DNA of 64,000 nucleotides from Batkoa obscura (Eukaryota): NCBI GenBank assembly GCA_030770535.1, contig JASVEC010000001.1, positions 1,178,001 to 1,242,000 of the forward strand, read 5' to 3'. Shown piece by piece: positions 12,561 to 25,278 of this stretch (position 1 is its first letter; each line of letters starts with the position of its first letter). The notes under the pieces were generated by a model. It saw only the letters and a program-made list of their open reading frames with translations, ran no database searches and was not told where the DNA came from. The position numbers and the translations under genes were made by a program.

Positions 12561-13413
12561 TTTACTTTGAAATTTTAGCTTCAATACTACAATTATTTAA
12601 CAAAAGCTAATGTCTAAATTCAGATTATTTATTTATTAACATAAATCATAAAATGAAAAAGACTAATATTAAACACAAATCATTAATTTTTATTTTGTAG
12701 GCAGTTTTTTTCTGTCAGTATTTAAGTTGTTGTTATTGAAAGTTATATATTTATTTAACTTTTAAACTCAATTATTATTTGCCCACATTAAAAGCATCAG
12801 ATCCAAAAATTATAACCCTTTATTTGACTTTATTTAGAGGGGTAAAATAAAAGAAGGAAAGTTATTGGAAGGGTCACTAATTTCTACATAGCTTTAGATA
12901 ATTAAAGAATACAACAGGAAATTAAGTATTTCCCACTTCTTTATATGTGGTCTGATAAAAAAACTAATTAAATTTGAGCGAGTAAAAGAGGTCTTTTATG
13001 AGGAGTAGAGACCAATACAGTTTAAAAAATAAGCTTGATAATTGAAATGAGCAAAGTAACTATTAATTGATTATAAATTACACTTTTTTGATATAAAGTT
13101 TAACTTGACTATTATTTATTAAATAAGTAACAAAATAAATAATGGGCTCTTCTACATAAAGTAAGTCAAGCTCTAAATCTTAAAAACTATTACCTCGCTT
13201 TAATGATTGAACCAGTCATTATATCACCTCATGACAATCTATAAAATATAATAATATGATAAATGATTACTACATCAAGATTATATTACATTGATAATAA
13301 TCATTACTATAAAAGAATTGTTTCTATATAAATAACATATACTATTATTTAAATAAAAGTAAAAGCACTTCATAAATCAATGTCAATATATTAATAAGTA
13401 ATCGTCATTAATT

Positions 13414-13525
13414 GAAAAATAATAAAAAATAATAAAAAATAATAAAAAATAATAATAAAAAATAATAATAAAAAATAATAATAAAAAATAATAATAAAAA
13501 ATAATAATAAAAATAAAATAAAAAT
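13414..13525. repeat. AT-only satellite of (AATAATAAAA) and (AATAATAATAAAA) units
   Basis: Tandem 10- and 13-nt units visible directly. Confidence 0.9.
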
Positions 13526-14103
13526 GAGATAAATTTTAATAATTATATTTGAAATATAAACTATAATTTAATATATACATAACAATGATTTATAATATAA
13601 AATTCATTAAATTAATACTATTTAAATAGTTAAGATTAAAATATTTCAAAAGTTTATTTAAACTAAAATTAAAGTAGCTTTTTTTATAATAAATAACGAA
13701 TATTACCATAAAAATAAATTTAGGATTAATGATTTTATTTAATAAATTATATAATTCTTCATAATAATATCTTTTCTTTATAACTTATTTTATAATTTAT
13801 TTAATTTATCTAAAACTTGCACTACAATCATAGGGCTATGATTTGCTTTGTGTAAATAAGATATTTTTTTATAAATTGATACAAATAATATGAAACTCAT
13901 AAATGAAGCTTGAATTGTAAACTCATGATACTGATAAGAGAATAAGATGGGTAATTGTTAAATGTAATTTATAACATAAATATCAAGTGTGACCTACTTA
14001 ATAACCATGATTGTTATCTTAGTTGCCTTTTAATTCAACTTTAATCTATAACTATTATGCGCAATCGTTACTATTGTGATTTATAAATTTAGTTTTTTTA
14101 TAG

Positions 14104-14148
14104 TAGAAATTTAAATGATAGAAATTTAAATGATAGAAATTTAAATGA
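14104..14148. repeat. 15-bp tandem repeat TAGAAATTTAAATGA x3
   Basis: Three perfect consecutive units. Confidence 0.9.
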
Positions 14149-14712
14149 AGAATCAAACCCCTCCTTTTTAATCTTTTTAGTTAATCAAAATAATCAAATA
14201 AAATATTTTATTTAATTCTAAATAATATTTGCTTATTTTAATAAAACACCAAAACAATTATTGTGTTAATGAATAGAGGTAAAATCAAAAAAATCTGTCA
14301 ATCTGAGAATAAGACCAATCACGATTGAGTATAAACAATTAAACCACTTTTATTAGCCAATCAATCTTAATTTATTTTATCCACCCCACGTAATAAGCCC
14401 CCAAACTAAATTAATAAAATTTCCCAATTTTATGCTGTTAATTCATGATTCAACTCCCATTTTTAGGTACAAATTGATAAAAATAGTCTTTTTAACAAGG
14501 CCTAAATTTTAATTGGATTACATTTGATTTTTAAGCTGTTAAAACCTTTATCTTTCATGTGAGGAATATGTATTACACAAGAAAAAAAGGTATATAAGGG
14601 AAATAGAATCAAAATCAAATTTATTCAATTTATTTTATTTCATTCTGATTCTTTGACCATTATTTCCAACTTCAATTTATTATTTATTTTCTGATTCATA
14701 TTACATTTAACA

Positions 14713-15204
14713 ATGGTATATTTATATGAACAACCAATCTATCAACCATTCCCAAACTACAACTCATATGTAGCTGAACTTGTGAACGGTGCGATTTATG
14801 TCCCAATCAAAGATATGATAAATCGTACAAGAGTACCTGAATTTATGCTATACATCGATACGTTATTAGCTGAGATTCAAATTAAAAAGCTTACAGCAGT
14901 CATTTGTTTAATTTATTGTGAACGTTTAAAAAACAGGTTACCAAGTGATGCTAAAGGAACTTCGGACACAATTCATCGAATTTTCACAGCTTCTCTATTA
15001 CTTGCTTGTAAATACACAACTGAGCCATATAATAACAGAGCAGTATCTAAAGCCTCTAAGATATATTCAATAAGAGATATAAATAATATGGAATTCGAAT
15101 TTCTTACGTTAATTGACTATGAAATTTGGATTACTAAAGAAGACATCTGTGGCTTTATGACAGAGAATTCAGAAGGTTTGTATATCATTGGGGAATTGAA
15201 TTAA
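14713..15204 (+). CDS. Pho85-type (Pcl1/2-like) cyclin, 163 aa
   Basis: LIYCERLKNRLP, HRIFTASLLLACKY and INNMEFEFLTLIDY cyclin-box motifs; TATATAAG at 14591. Confidence 0.85.
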   Translation: MVYLYEQPIYQPFPNYNSYVAELVNGAIYVPIKDMINRTRVPEFMLYIDTLLAEIQIKKLTAVICLIYCERLKNRLPSDAKGTSDTIHRIFTASLLLACKYTTEPYNNRAVSKASKIYSIRDINNMEFEFLTLIDYEIWITKEDICGFMTENSEGLYIIGELN

Positions 15205-16420
15205 TTTGTTTGATGTGTGTTCGTTCTACTAACTTTTGGTTATTTCTAATTCAAATCTCATTGTATTATTAGTTGTTGTTTTTTCTTTTACCTTTTTTCA
15301 ATAACTATCTTTAGTGCCGGTTATTATTATATTTCTTCTCTTTATTATTTTTTAATAAATAAGTATAATATAATTTTTTCTTTCAAATTCATAAGTCTGT
15401 AATATTTCAGATATTAAAGTTGCTTAGTTGATATGTTTTAAATTTTGTTGAAAAACTGAGCATCAAAGTAATTTAGATAACAGTCTACCAATTAAATTGA
15501 GTAAGCTTATCAATCATTAATAAAGTTATAACAATATAATGGCGTTGATTTTAATTTATTATCATTTATTAACTGCTAATTACTTTATTTAAATCGTTTA
15601 TTAAAGGCTCTTTTTTATTGATCTAAAAGATTATGGCATAAATGCTTAGATTAAGTTAACTTTATTTAATCTAGATTTAATTGATCTTTTTTGTTAATTT
15701 CCGTATACTAAGGTTTGTTACAGTTTACTTAAAGTAGTAATTTAAAATATTGATAAGCTATTGTTTTAATATGAAATTCAATGTCTGGCTATATTATTTG
15801 TTTATTGTATAAAATATATAAGAAAAAACTTCATTATATGTGGTTATTTATTATGATATGTAAATTTGTCATTTTAACATAAAATTCAAGCTACGATTTA
15901 ATTGTAAAGAATACTGGTTTGCATTTAGAACAACTTAGTGAATAGAATAATAGTGAAGAATATCAAATAGATATTTTCACACAAGACAATTTTTATAAAG
16001 TTAATAAATAAAAGTTTTGAACTTTGAGCTAAATTTAAGAAGAAATGGAGGGTATTAGAATTAATCTGTTTAATGTTTCTATTTGAAATGAAACTGTTTT
16101 AATACAAAAAAATGAATTAAAAATCAATCTTTTTATCCCTATTTTTCAAAAATTTTATTTTATTTTTATAAACTATAAAAATGAGTTGAGATAAAATAAT
16201 AGTTTACCTCTAAAAGTAATATTTCCGTTACCAACCTCTTGGCTAGAGACTTTAGCTTGAAGCCTTATTTAAAACAATTTAAGCTACTTTTATCCACTGA
16301 AAAAGATAGTATCCGTAAATTTATGAGGGCTTAGTAATTATCTATTTAGAATTTTACGCTTTCTATGTTTTAGATGCTTAAAGATTTTTTGAGGTGGGGA
16401 ATTAGTAGCAATTTTCAAAA

Positions 16421-16525
16421 ATATGAGGGTGTTTTTTTTGACTTCATCATTTTTTCTATCTTTTAAGCGCTATTTGAGCGGAAAAATTTAGTGAAATTCT
16501 TAAACACAAAAATACATTCCCATAT
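16421..16525 (+). mobile_element. MITE family 1 copy
   Basis: Consensus match; ATAT flanks. Confidence 0.85.
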
Positions 16526-17166
16526 AGTTTTATTTTTTATTCAGAAGCCTCTTTAATTTTATATAGTTTAGGCTTAATAAAAGTAGATTTTACTTTTTAT
16601 TAATATAATAAAATAAAATCTAAAAATAAACATAATGTATTTATAAAATAATAAGTTAAGACTTTAACATATTACACAAAATAAAAATACAATAAACTAG
16701 AATAGTATTTACCAAATAAAGCTAATTCTTTATTTATATTAGGCATAAAAATCGGGCAACGTTTTGTAACATAAAGTTTATGTTTGTTTATTTTAAGTGT
16801 CTATCAATATCAAGAGGTTTTCCTCATGATATTTTAACCTAAAAATGAACTGGATAGCAAGATCTTTACATAGAACTTCCTTTCATCATTGTTGTTAAAA
16901 GCTTCACATTTTTGAAAAATGCTAGTTAACTAAAATAATAGTCAACTTTTAAAACCAGTGGTGATCTTAAAAATTTAAAGTGTTAAAAACTAAAAATTTT
17001 CTTACCTAAATTTATTAAGAAGAATAAAGGGGAAACTCACCAATAATATTCTAATTAAAAGGATAAGGAAGAAGCTATTTGATCAGAAAGTAAATTGATC
17101 AAAATTAAATTAATAGTAATTAAAAAAATATAATATTCAAAGTACTATTCTTACAGACTACCAAGG

Positions 17167-19159
17167 ATGAAAATCGTCGATTTATTAAAATATAATAAAA
17201 ACAGTAAAAAGCCTTCATTTTCATTTGAGTTTTTTCCTCCAAAAACGTCAGAGGTAGTACCATTAATTTATTATTGATCTTATTAAAACTAAAAAACAGG
17301 GTAAAAAAAACTTAGATTTAAGAATAGCAAGATTACAAGAATTAGGCCCAATATTCAACAGTGTAACATGGGGAGCGGGAGGAAGTACTAATGATAAGAG
17401 TTTTGAGTTAGCAAATACGATACAAAACGACTTGGGTTTAGATGTATTGTTACATATTACAGCTACGAATACAAGTAAAAAAGAAGTGTTGGGTTATTTA
17501 CAAAAAGCAAAAGAACTCGGCATCGAAAATATATTAGCATTAAGAGGGGACTCCAGCAACGAAAGCTTGTTTTTCAATGATGGGGATAAGGAAGACAGAC
17601 TCGAAACAGTTATTGATTTAATTAAGCTAATTAAAAGTGAGTTTAAGAATCAGTTTAATGTTGGAGTAACAGGTAATAAAAGTAGAATATCTAAAACATA
17701 AGTGATTAAAGTGATTATTTAGGTTATCCATCTTCACACCCAGAAAGTCAAGGATTGGAAGAAGATATCAAGTATTTGAAACAAAAGGTTGAAGCAGGAG
17801 CCGATTTTGTTTTGACTCAATTTTTCCTTTCTAATGAGGAGTATAATAATTGGTATAATGAAATCGAAAAAAGTGGACTTAGAATTGATATTATACCTAG
17901 TATATTAGTAATACAAAGTTATATTTCATTTAGAAGATTAATAAACTTAACTGGAATTAAAATACCAAAAGATATATTAATTGAATTGGAAGAAATCAAA
18001 CATGATGATTTACTAATTAAGGAATATGGAATTGATTTAGCAATTAAATTAATCAAAAATATATTAAACAATAACAGTGATAATAATAATAATCAAGTTC
18101 ATTGTATTCATTTCTTTACAATGAACTTAGAAAAATCAGTTCATGAAGTACTAAATAGATTAAAATGGATCAAGGATAATAACAATAGTTTTAGTATTGA
18201 AAATCAAACTTTATTAAATACGATTGAAGGGTGGGATAACTTTCCAAATGGTAGATTCGGAGATGCTTCATCTCCAGGTAAATAACATACTAAAATAAGA
18301 TAGATAAGATAATAAATAACAAACAATATAGCATATGGTAATTTGGAAGGATATAGAAATGGGTTAAAAATAAGTCCAGGTAAAGCACTTGAATTATGGG
18401 GGCACCCAAAAAGTAAAGAAGAGATAAGCGAATTGTTTATTGCCTTCTTAAATGGGAAATTAAGTGAATTACCATGGTGTGAAACTGGAGACTTAGACCC
18501 AGAATCTGAATTAATTAAAAATCATTTAATTAAAATCAATCAAAATCTTTCCTTCACTTTGGCTTCTCAACCTTCCTTAGATGGTATTAAATCAAATCAT
18601 CCTATCTATGGCTGGGGACCTAAAAATGGCTTTATCTTTCAAAAGGTAAGTTTATATTTTGGTATTTATTTTGGTACTTTTATTTATATTATATATATAT
18701 AGGCATTTATTGAAGTCTTAATATCCAAAGGGAAAATCAATGCCTTTTTAGCTAAAATGATAGCTTTAGATCCAAATATCACTTATATGGCGATTGATTC
18801 TGAAGTAAATTTTAATACAAGATCTAGTTTATAATTAACTCTTTAATTAGGGCCATTTCTTAAGTAATAAAAATAAAGACGGTGAAGAATATGAAGCTAA
18901 CACCGTAACATGGGGGGTATTTCCACATGGGGAGATAGCACAAGCAACTTTAATTGAAGTATCTTCATTTAAAGCATGGGCAAAAGAAGTATTTCAAATC
19001 AGCAATGAATGGAGTAATTTATTCCAAAAAAGTAATAGTGAATCCTTTAACTTGATCAATGATTTAAAAGATAATTACTTCTTATTAAATATTGTACAAC
19101 CGGATTTTAAAGTGAAATCAGACGCTTTTTTTGATAACATTATTAAAGCTTTAAATTGA
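17167..19159 (+). CDS. MET12: Methylenetetrahydrofolate reductase, Met12-like (6 exons)
   Basis: Spliced: FSFEFFPPKT, VTWGAGGS, NILALRGD, YLKQKVEAGADFVLTQ, WDNFPNGRFGDASSPAYG, GWGPKNGFIFQKAF, NTVTWGVFP. It lacks the VRPIFW linker segment, as Met12-type paralogues do. Confidence 0.92.
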
Positions 19160-19222
19160 ATTTTAAATTAATAAAGGTTGTATATAATATATATTATATT
19201 ATGTCATATAAATATAATTTAT

Positions 19223-20371
19223 TCAAATAATTGAAGCAGAATTCAAATCGATTTTTTCCAAAAGACTATTACGTAACTTGATTATAATTGAATGTTCTGG
19301 ATTTAATTTAATTTCAGTATCAAATTTAGCTCGATATTCCGTTAAGCTATCCTCTCTAAATTTAATAGTACGAATTGGTAATAATAATCGGGAAGTACCT
19401 TTGTTAAAAAAAGAGTAAGTAATAAACAAAAAAGAGATCATAAATTACTTGTAATAAAAGCAGCTGAGTAGCTTTGACTGCAAAGTTCATTTAAATTTGG
19501 AGCTACAAACTCTGTTTCAATGTTCATTCGTTTAGCCAAATCAATGACTACACTTTGAATTGTCCCCTTTAATACTCTATCATAAGGGGCGGTTAATAAT
19601 TTAAATTGACCATTTTCTTCTTTTAAAACAAAGAAATTGGAAGATAAACCTTCTAATACTTCTCCATTTGATTCTACTAACAGTACTTCATTACTATCTT
19701 TGCTTTTGCTTTTTTCAGCATGATCTCTTTGTCTAAATAACTCATAAACATTTTTAAAAAAATAGTGAGCGTTTACTTACCCTACCCATATAGTATCTTT
19801 AATTGTTGGGTTATTACGTTTTAGATTAATTAATTCTACCTACAAATTTTTTAATTTGTAAGATAAATAAATAAAATACTATTACTTTACAACTAGATTC
19901 AGTGGGTACATTGAGCGAAGATAAGTGAAGTTTTAAGTAAGGTGCACTATCTGAATAAATTAAATACGATAATTTAGCTTCAAACTGTGGAAAGGGGCCA
20001 TTTAGATCATCCTTATTATCCTCTACTAACTCCGGCAAACCAGTATTTAAATAGTTATAATAAGATAATAATCCAACTTTAGTTAAATGATTAAGTTTTG
20101 ACTTTACTTCTTTCTCATCTATTTCATTCCCTTTTTTACTAAATCCTTGAGTTAACCTATTGCAATGCGCTTCATATTCTAATACTTTTTTATGATTCAC
20201 AGTTCTGCATCCAGTATATACACCATTTGGCTCTAGTTTATAAAACTCATTCGGTGTTAAAGTGCTTTCTTTTAGTACTAATTTATTGCTCTGATAATTA
20301 ACATAATTTATTGTCAGATTCTTAGTAGTCATTGTTGAATAGACTTTGATTAAATTCGAACTTTTTAACAT
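19223..20371 (-). CDS. PLP-dependent aminotransferase class IV (D-amino-acid aminotransferase/ADC-lyase-like), 4 exons
   Basis: Spliced: GVYTGCRT, HCNRL, RNNPTIKDT (candidate catalytic Lys), EVLEGLSSNFF, VLKGT and AFITSTSRLLLPI. Confidence 0.85.
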
Positions 20372-21097
20372 TGCTTTAAAGTTTCGATTTGGTCACTGTT
20401 TCTTAACATCTTTTTGGTAACCAATAGAATTAAAAATTAGTATGGCAAATTAAACCCAAGGTTTATCTTTCTGATTTCTATTTTTACATAAATATAAAAG
20501 TATAAATAGTATGAAAGTGAATAAATGAGTATATTTTTTGATCAAGGAATTGATTAATATGCTCTTTTACATTTCAAGTGAGCTGAAGATATAAAAGCAA
20601 ACAAAAATACCAGTGAGGTCCCGTTTTGAGTATTGAGCATAATATACGCCAAATTTTTCAATATGAATTAGAGGGATCAGTTTTAAAGGTTCAGGGTACC
20701 GAGAAAATATTTTGAAAAATTACATAAAAATTAAGCCATAAAATTGAATTTTAGGTATAAATTTGCCTATTTTCTAAAACAGGTTAAAAGTTTTATAACA
20801 TTAAAAGTTACTATAATACAACGATATAATATTATTTTCAAATCTTAAACCAAAACTAGCAAATGTTTTGAACTTTCTAGCTTCAAAATGATTATGATTT
20901 CATCAATCATGTTTCAAAAAAAATAGCTCAAATTTGTTAAAGCCAATAATAAATTAATACGAAACGAGTAAAGGAAGAAAAAGGGGAGATAATTAAGGGA
21001 AAAGGAATATTGAGAGGAATAAGAGGGTTCATTCACTATAAAAGGAATATATAAATATAAAGTCTTTACATAAAAAAATTCATTAAAATTGTAAACA

Positions 21098-21340
21098 ATG
21101 AAATATATATCAATAATAATAGCCTGTGTAACTAGTGTAAACAGCTTTATAGCACTAGCTAGTGGTTCAGAATGTCCTAATAAAAATGATGAATGTCACT
21201 TTGGATACCAGGACTTTAGGTTTATTGATTCCAACGCACCTGCATGCTGGAAATACGAAAACAATCAATGGAGCTGTCAACCTAAGTATGGAAATGGCTG
21301 TGATAGAAATAATGGTTGGATTGATGTCTCTCACTGTTAA
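21098..21340 (+). CDS. Small secreted cysteine-rich protein (80 aa)
   Basis: Hydrophobic N-terminal signal; six Cys in the mature part; TATAAAAG at 21038; A-rich start context (AAACAATG). Confidence 0.8.
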   Translation: MKYISIIIACVTSVNSFIALASGSECPNKNDECHFGYQDFRFIDSNAPACWKYENNQWSCQPKYGNGCDRNNGWIDVSHC

Positions 21341-21515
21341 ATAATTTTAATAATATTAAGATTACTTTTATAATTATATAGCCTTATCTAGTCATGAAAT
21401 ACCATTTACATAATAATACACTATTAATCGAAATTAAATAAAATTTATAAGCATAAAAAACCAATTTTTTAAAAAGTGTTATACTTTTCTTTTTTATATA
21501 TTTAAAAATCGAAGA

Positions 21516-22881
21516 ATGGATGTTGAAAATAAAATAAATATAATAAGAAAAAAATTCAATCAAGATAGTTTTATCACTTACTATTACTCAACAGAGGAGG
21601 ATAAATATATGTGGAAAGTCGATTCTAATAATGAAGTAAACGATAAAGAAATAAACGAAAATAAAGATAAAGCGATAAAAAGGTATATATAAGAACAATT
21701 ATTTTATCATTATTAAATAAATAAAGTTATGAGTTAATTGGGCATGATTGGCGGCTAATAGAAACTAAGGATGGATATCGATTTTTTTATAACCCATATA
21801 CTGGAGTTTCAAGCTGGGAAGTACCAAGGGAATTAAAAGAATATGAATCAGAGTTTAATAATGTCACTAATGAAACAACAGAGTAAGTTAATCACTTGAA
21901 AAAACTAGTAAGTGTTAATAACCTATTTAGAATGGATGAAGATGATGTTGCTTACCAGTTACAAATGATGGGAATGGGTGATTTATCGGACTATAATAAT
22001 CATAACAATGATTATGATTTACCACCAGAGGTATTGTTACATCAAAACGTATTACAATTTGAGGTATGTCGAATAATATATATGTAATAATAGTCAATTA
22101 ATCATACATAAAAAGGATTTACTTAAAGATCTACAAGTTACTGAAATGGACACTTGGGATTTATTATTGCCTAGATTAAAAGAGGAAAAAGCTTTTAAAA
22201 GTATTTTATCATAAATATTAAAGCACATTAATTGAATTTTAGTTATTGATAATGAAAGGTTATGTCAAAGTGTATTTGAAAACTATTGTAAAAAAATAAG
22301 TGAACTTCCAGAATTGAAATCGGATAAAAAAATAGAAGATAAAAAAGTAAGTTATATTTTATATTTAACTGATAACAATAATAATAAATAAATAATAAAT
22401 AGATGAACATGGGAAATTATAGGCAGTTGGTTAAAGAAAATACTACTTATAAAAGTGATTGGAATGTGTTTAATAAGAAATATTTTAATCATCCAATAAG
22501 TAAAAAATTAAATTATAAAGAAAGAGAAGCTATATTTTCAGAACATGTTCAGGGTCTCATTAATACTAAAAAGAAAGAAAAAGAAGGTAATAAGACAGTA
22601 TACATATTTAGTTGATAGCAGTTGTAATCTTTAAATAGAAAAGAGGAAGGAGAAAGAAAAATATAGACAAGAGTTTATAAGCATGTTAAAAGAAATGAAA
22701 GATTTAAGATACAACTCAAGTTGGAAAAAAGTAATAGTCTTTATTTGTTTATTTCAATATATTTATTTATTTTTAGACAAAATCATTAATTGAAAATGAC
22801 ACACGATATAAAAATATTAAAAGTGTAAATGATTGTGAGTATTATTTTAGAGAGTATGCTGCAAAATTAAAAAAAGAATAA
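21516..22881 (+). CDS. WW + FF domain protein (TCERG1/Prp40/Urn1-like), multi-exon
   Basis: Spliced WW domain WRLIETKDGYRFFYNPYTGVSSWEVP and FF-like repeats (FEDLLKDL..DTWD; FISMLKE..SSWKK..DTRY). Confidence 0.75.
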
Positions 22882-22975
22882 GTAAATTTAGAAGTTTCTT
22901 ATTGGTTTATCTTTTTTATAAATTTGATGTTTTTATTTTTCATATTTTTGATTTCAAGTGGTTATATTATAAATT

Positions 22976-23863
22976 ATGGATAAAATTGAAGAAGATAGGG
23001 TTGAAAATAAGAAAGATGAAAAAGCAAATCTAATTCTTTATTATGAAATGGATGAAGACGATAACGATAACGAAAGTGAAAACAAGAAACGAAGAAATGA
23101 GGAGTTAGGGATAGTATGTAGTATATGTTTACAAAGTTATGAAAACAAAGTTTATTTAACGCCTTGTTACCATCAATATTGTTTTAAATGTATAATTGAA
23201 TGGATAAATTATAAAGTAGAATGTGGGATATGTAAAAGAACAACCCATAAAGTGATATATAACATTAATGCCAAAAAAGAAACGGTATATTTTATAACAA
23301 TAGATATACTAAAGCTATTCTCGAACGATAATATAGTAATATTTAGTGATGCTCCAATGGCATTAAATTATTTTAACAATTTGAAAAGTAAAACTTATTT
23401 AGATAGAACATTAATTTATATTTTGAATTTAAACTTTCCAAGTAGCAATAATGTATTGGATAAAGTTAATAATATAATAAATGGTAATATTGGCATTAAT
23501 TTAACTGTTTATTATAATAATAGTAAGGCCAATGACAAGCATAATATAAATAAATATCTGTACAAGTTCATTAAGAGGGAAATAAAAAGTACTTATTTAA
23601 TTAATAATCAAATATTAAATAAAGAAATGAAATTGATAATCATAGGCATTATTAATTTAATATTTAATAACAAACACAAAAATAAAGAGCATTTGATTGA
23701 TAAGATAGCTCCTTATCTATTTAATAATCGAACTATTTCACTCCTATTTTTAAAACAAATCTTATATTTTTTATTTAATCCTTTCTTTATTTTCAATAAT
23801 TATACGATTAATTCGCTAGCTTCTTTTGATTGTTGGGTTAAATATACATTAAACAAAGAATAA
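22976..23863 (+). CDS. C3HC4 RING-finger protein (putative E3 ligase)
   Basis: CSIC...PCYHQYCFKCI...CGIC RING motif in a 295-aa intronless ORF. Confidence 0.8.
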   Translation: MDKIEEDRVENKKDEKANLILYYEMDEDDNDNESENKKRRNEELGIVCSICLQSYENKVYLTPCYHQYCFKCIIEWINYKVECGICKRTTHKVIYNINAKKETVYFITIDILKLFSNDNIVIFSDAPMALNYFNNLKSKTYLDRTLIYILNLNFPSSNNVLDKVNNIINGNIGINLTVYYNNSKANDKHNINKYLYKFIKREIKSTYLINNQILNKEMKLIIIGIINLIFNNKHKNKEHLIDKIAPYLFNNRTISLLFLKQILYFLFNPFFIFNNYTINSLASFDCWVKYTLNKE

Positions 23864-24051
23864 ATGAACTCTGTTTACATATACATATTGATTTTTATTT
23901 TAATTCATATTTTGTATCAATTTTTATTACCACATCAACTGTTTAAATTTAACAAGTTTAGCTTTAACACTATAAAATCAGATTCTTTACAAAAGAATTA
24001 TTTTGTATTGTTCTAAAAAATATTCTTTCTTTTACTTTTAAAGCTACAAAA

Positions 24052-24988
24052 ATGGTTTATTATTTTACAAGTGATGGTAAAAATATGGAGCAATTTATGA
24101 TATTTTATTAATAGTTTTAGTGACTGCACCTAATGGGAATATATTCATGGGCAAAGATAAACACGAAAGTAATGTGCAATTCAATTTTAAACTTAGTATA
24201 TAATAATAAAAAATAGACGAAGACTTAATAAAACATGGGATAGAAGAAGATGTATGGTAAATAAACATATAATTATTAATATTTTTATAATTTACAATAT
24301 TAAGGTTTCATGTAGACAAATTATCTAGTGCACATATTTATTTAAGATTAGATGGTTCCTATAACTGGGAAAACATACCTGAAAACTTGTTAGAAGATTT
24401 AGGACAGTTGACAAAAGCTAATTCTATTGAAGGTATATTATAATTTCATCAATTTTATTATTAGATATTTACTATATTTCAATATATTACCAGGTAATAA
24501 AAAGGATAATATTACAATCATTTATACACCATGGAGCAATTTGAAAAAGAGCGGGGATATGGCAGTAGGGCAAGTTTCATTTCATAACCCCAAAATAGTA
24601 ATAATAAATGTACATTGTATTGTATTCCTAAAGTAATAATAATTTAAGGTAAAAAGAGTATATGTTGAAAAAAGAAAAAATCATATAATCAATCGACTAA
24701 ACAAAACAAAGAGAGAAGAATATCCAGACTTATATCAGGAAAAGATGAACTATATAAATAAAAAGAATAAAAAGGATAAAATTAATTTTGAAAGAATGGT
24801 AAATTTGTTAATTATGATATACTCATTTTCAAACTAATGATTTATAGGAACAAGTTAAAATAAAGAGAGAAGAGTATGCTAAAAATCAAAAAGAATTAAA
24901 GAGTTATAAAAGCATATTTGAAGACGATACTACTGAATATAGAACTAACGAAGATTCTAATCAAGATATTGATGACGATTTTATGTAA
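24052..24988 (+). CDS. CCDC25: CCDC25/Jlp2 (NFACT-R domain) protein, multi-exon
   Basis: Spliced: [57 protein letters not shown], and the C-terminal DDFM. Confidence 0.9.
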
Positions 24989-25278
24989 TACAAAATTAAA
25001 ATTAAAATTAAAAGCATGTTTTTATTTTTATCTTCTTATTTTATTAATGATTAGCAGTGATGCCCTAGGCTTTCATTTTGTGTTTTATTATAATTTCATA
25101 TATCGAGCTTGCTTTAAAAATTACATTTAGTTTAAATGCCTAATAGACTAAATGGGCAAAAAAATAAAAAAATAAATGCCCAATAAATTTTAAGCAATAA
25201 TAAAATTTCATCAACAATAAAAAAAACACTTTTTATAAAGAATAGGCTTAAAGATCGAAATAAAAGAAAGGTCCTAGA

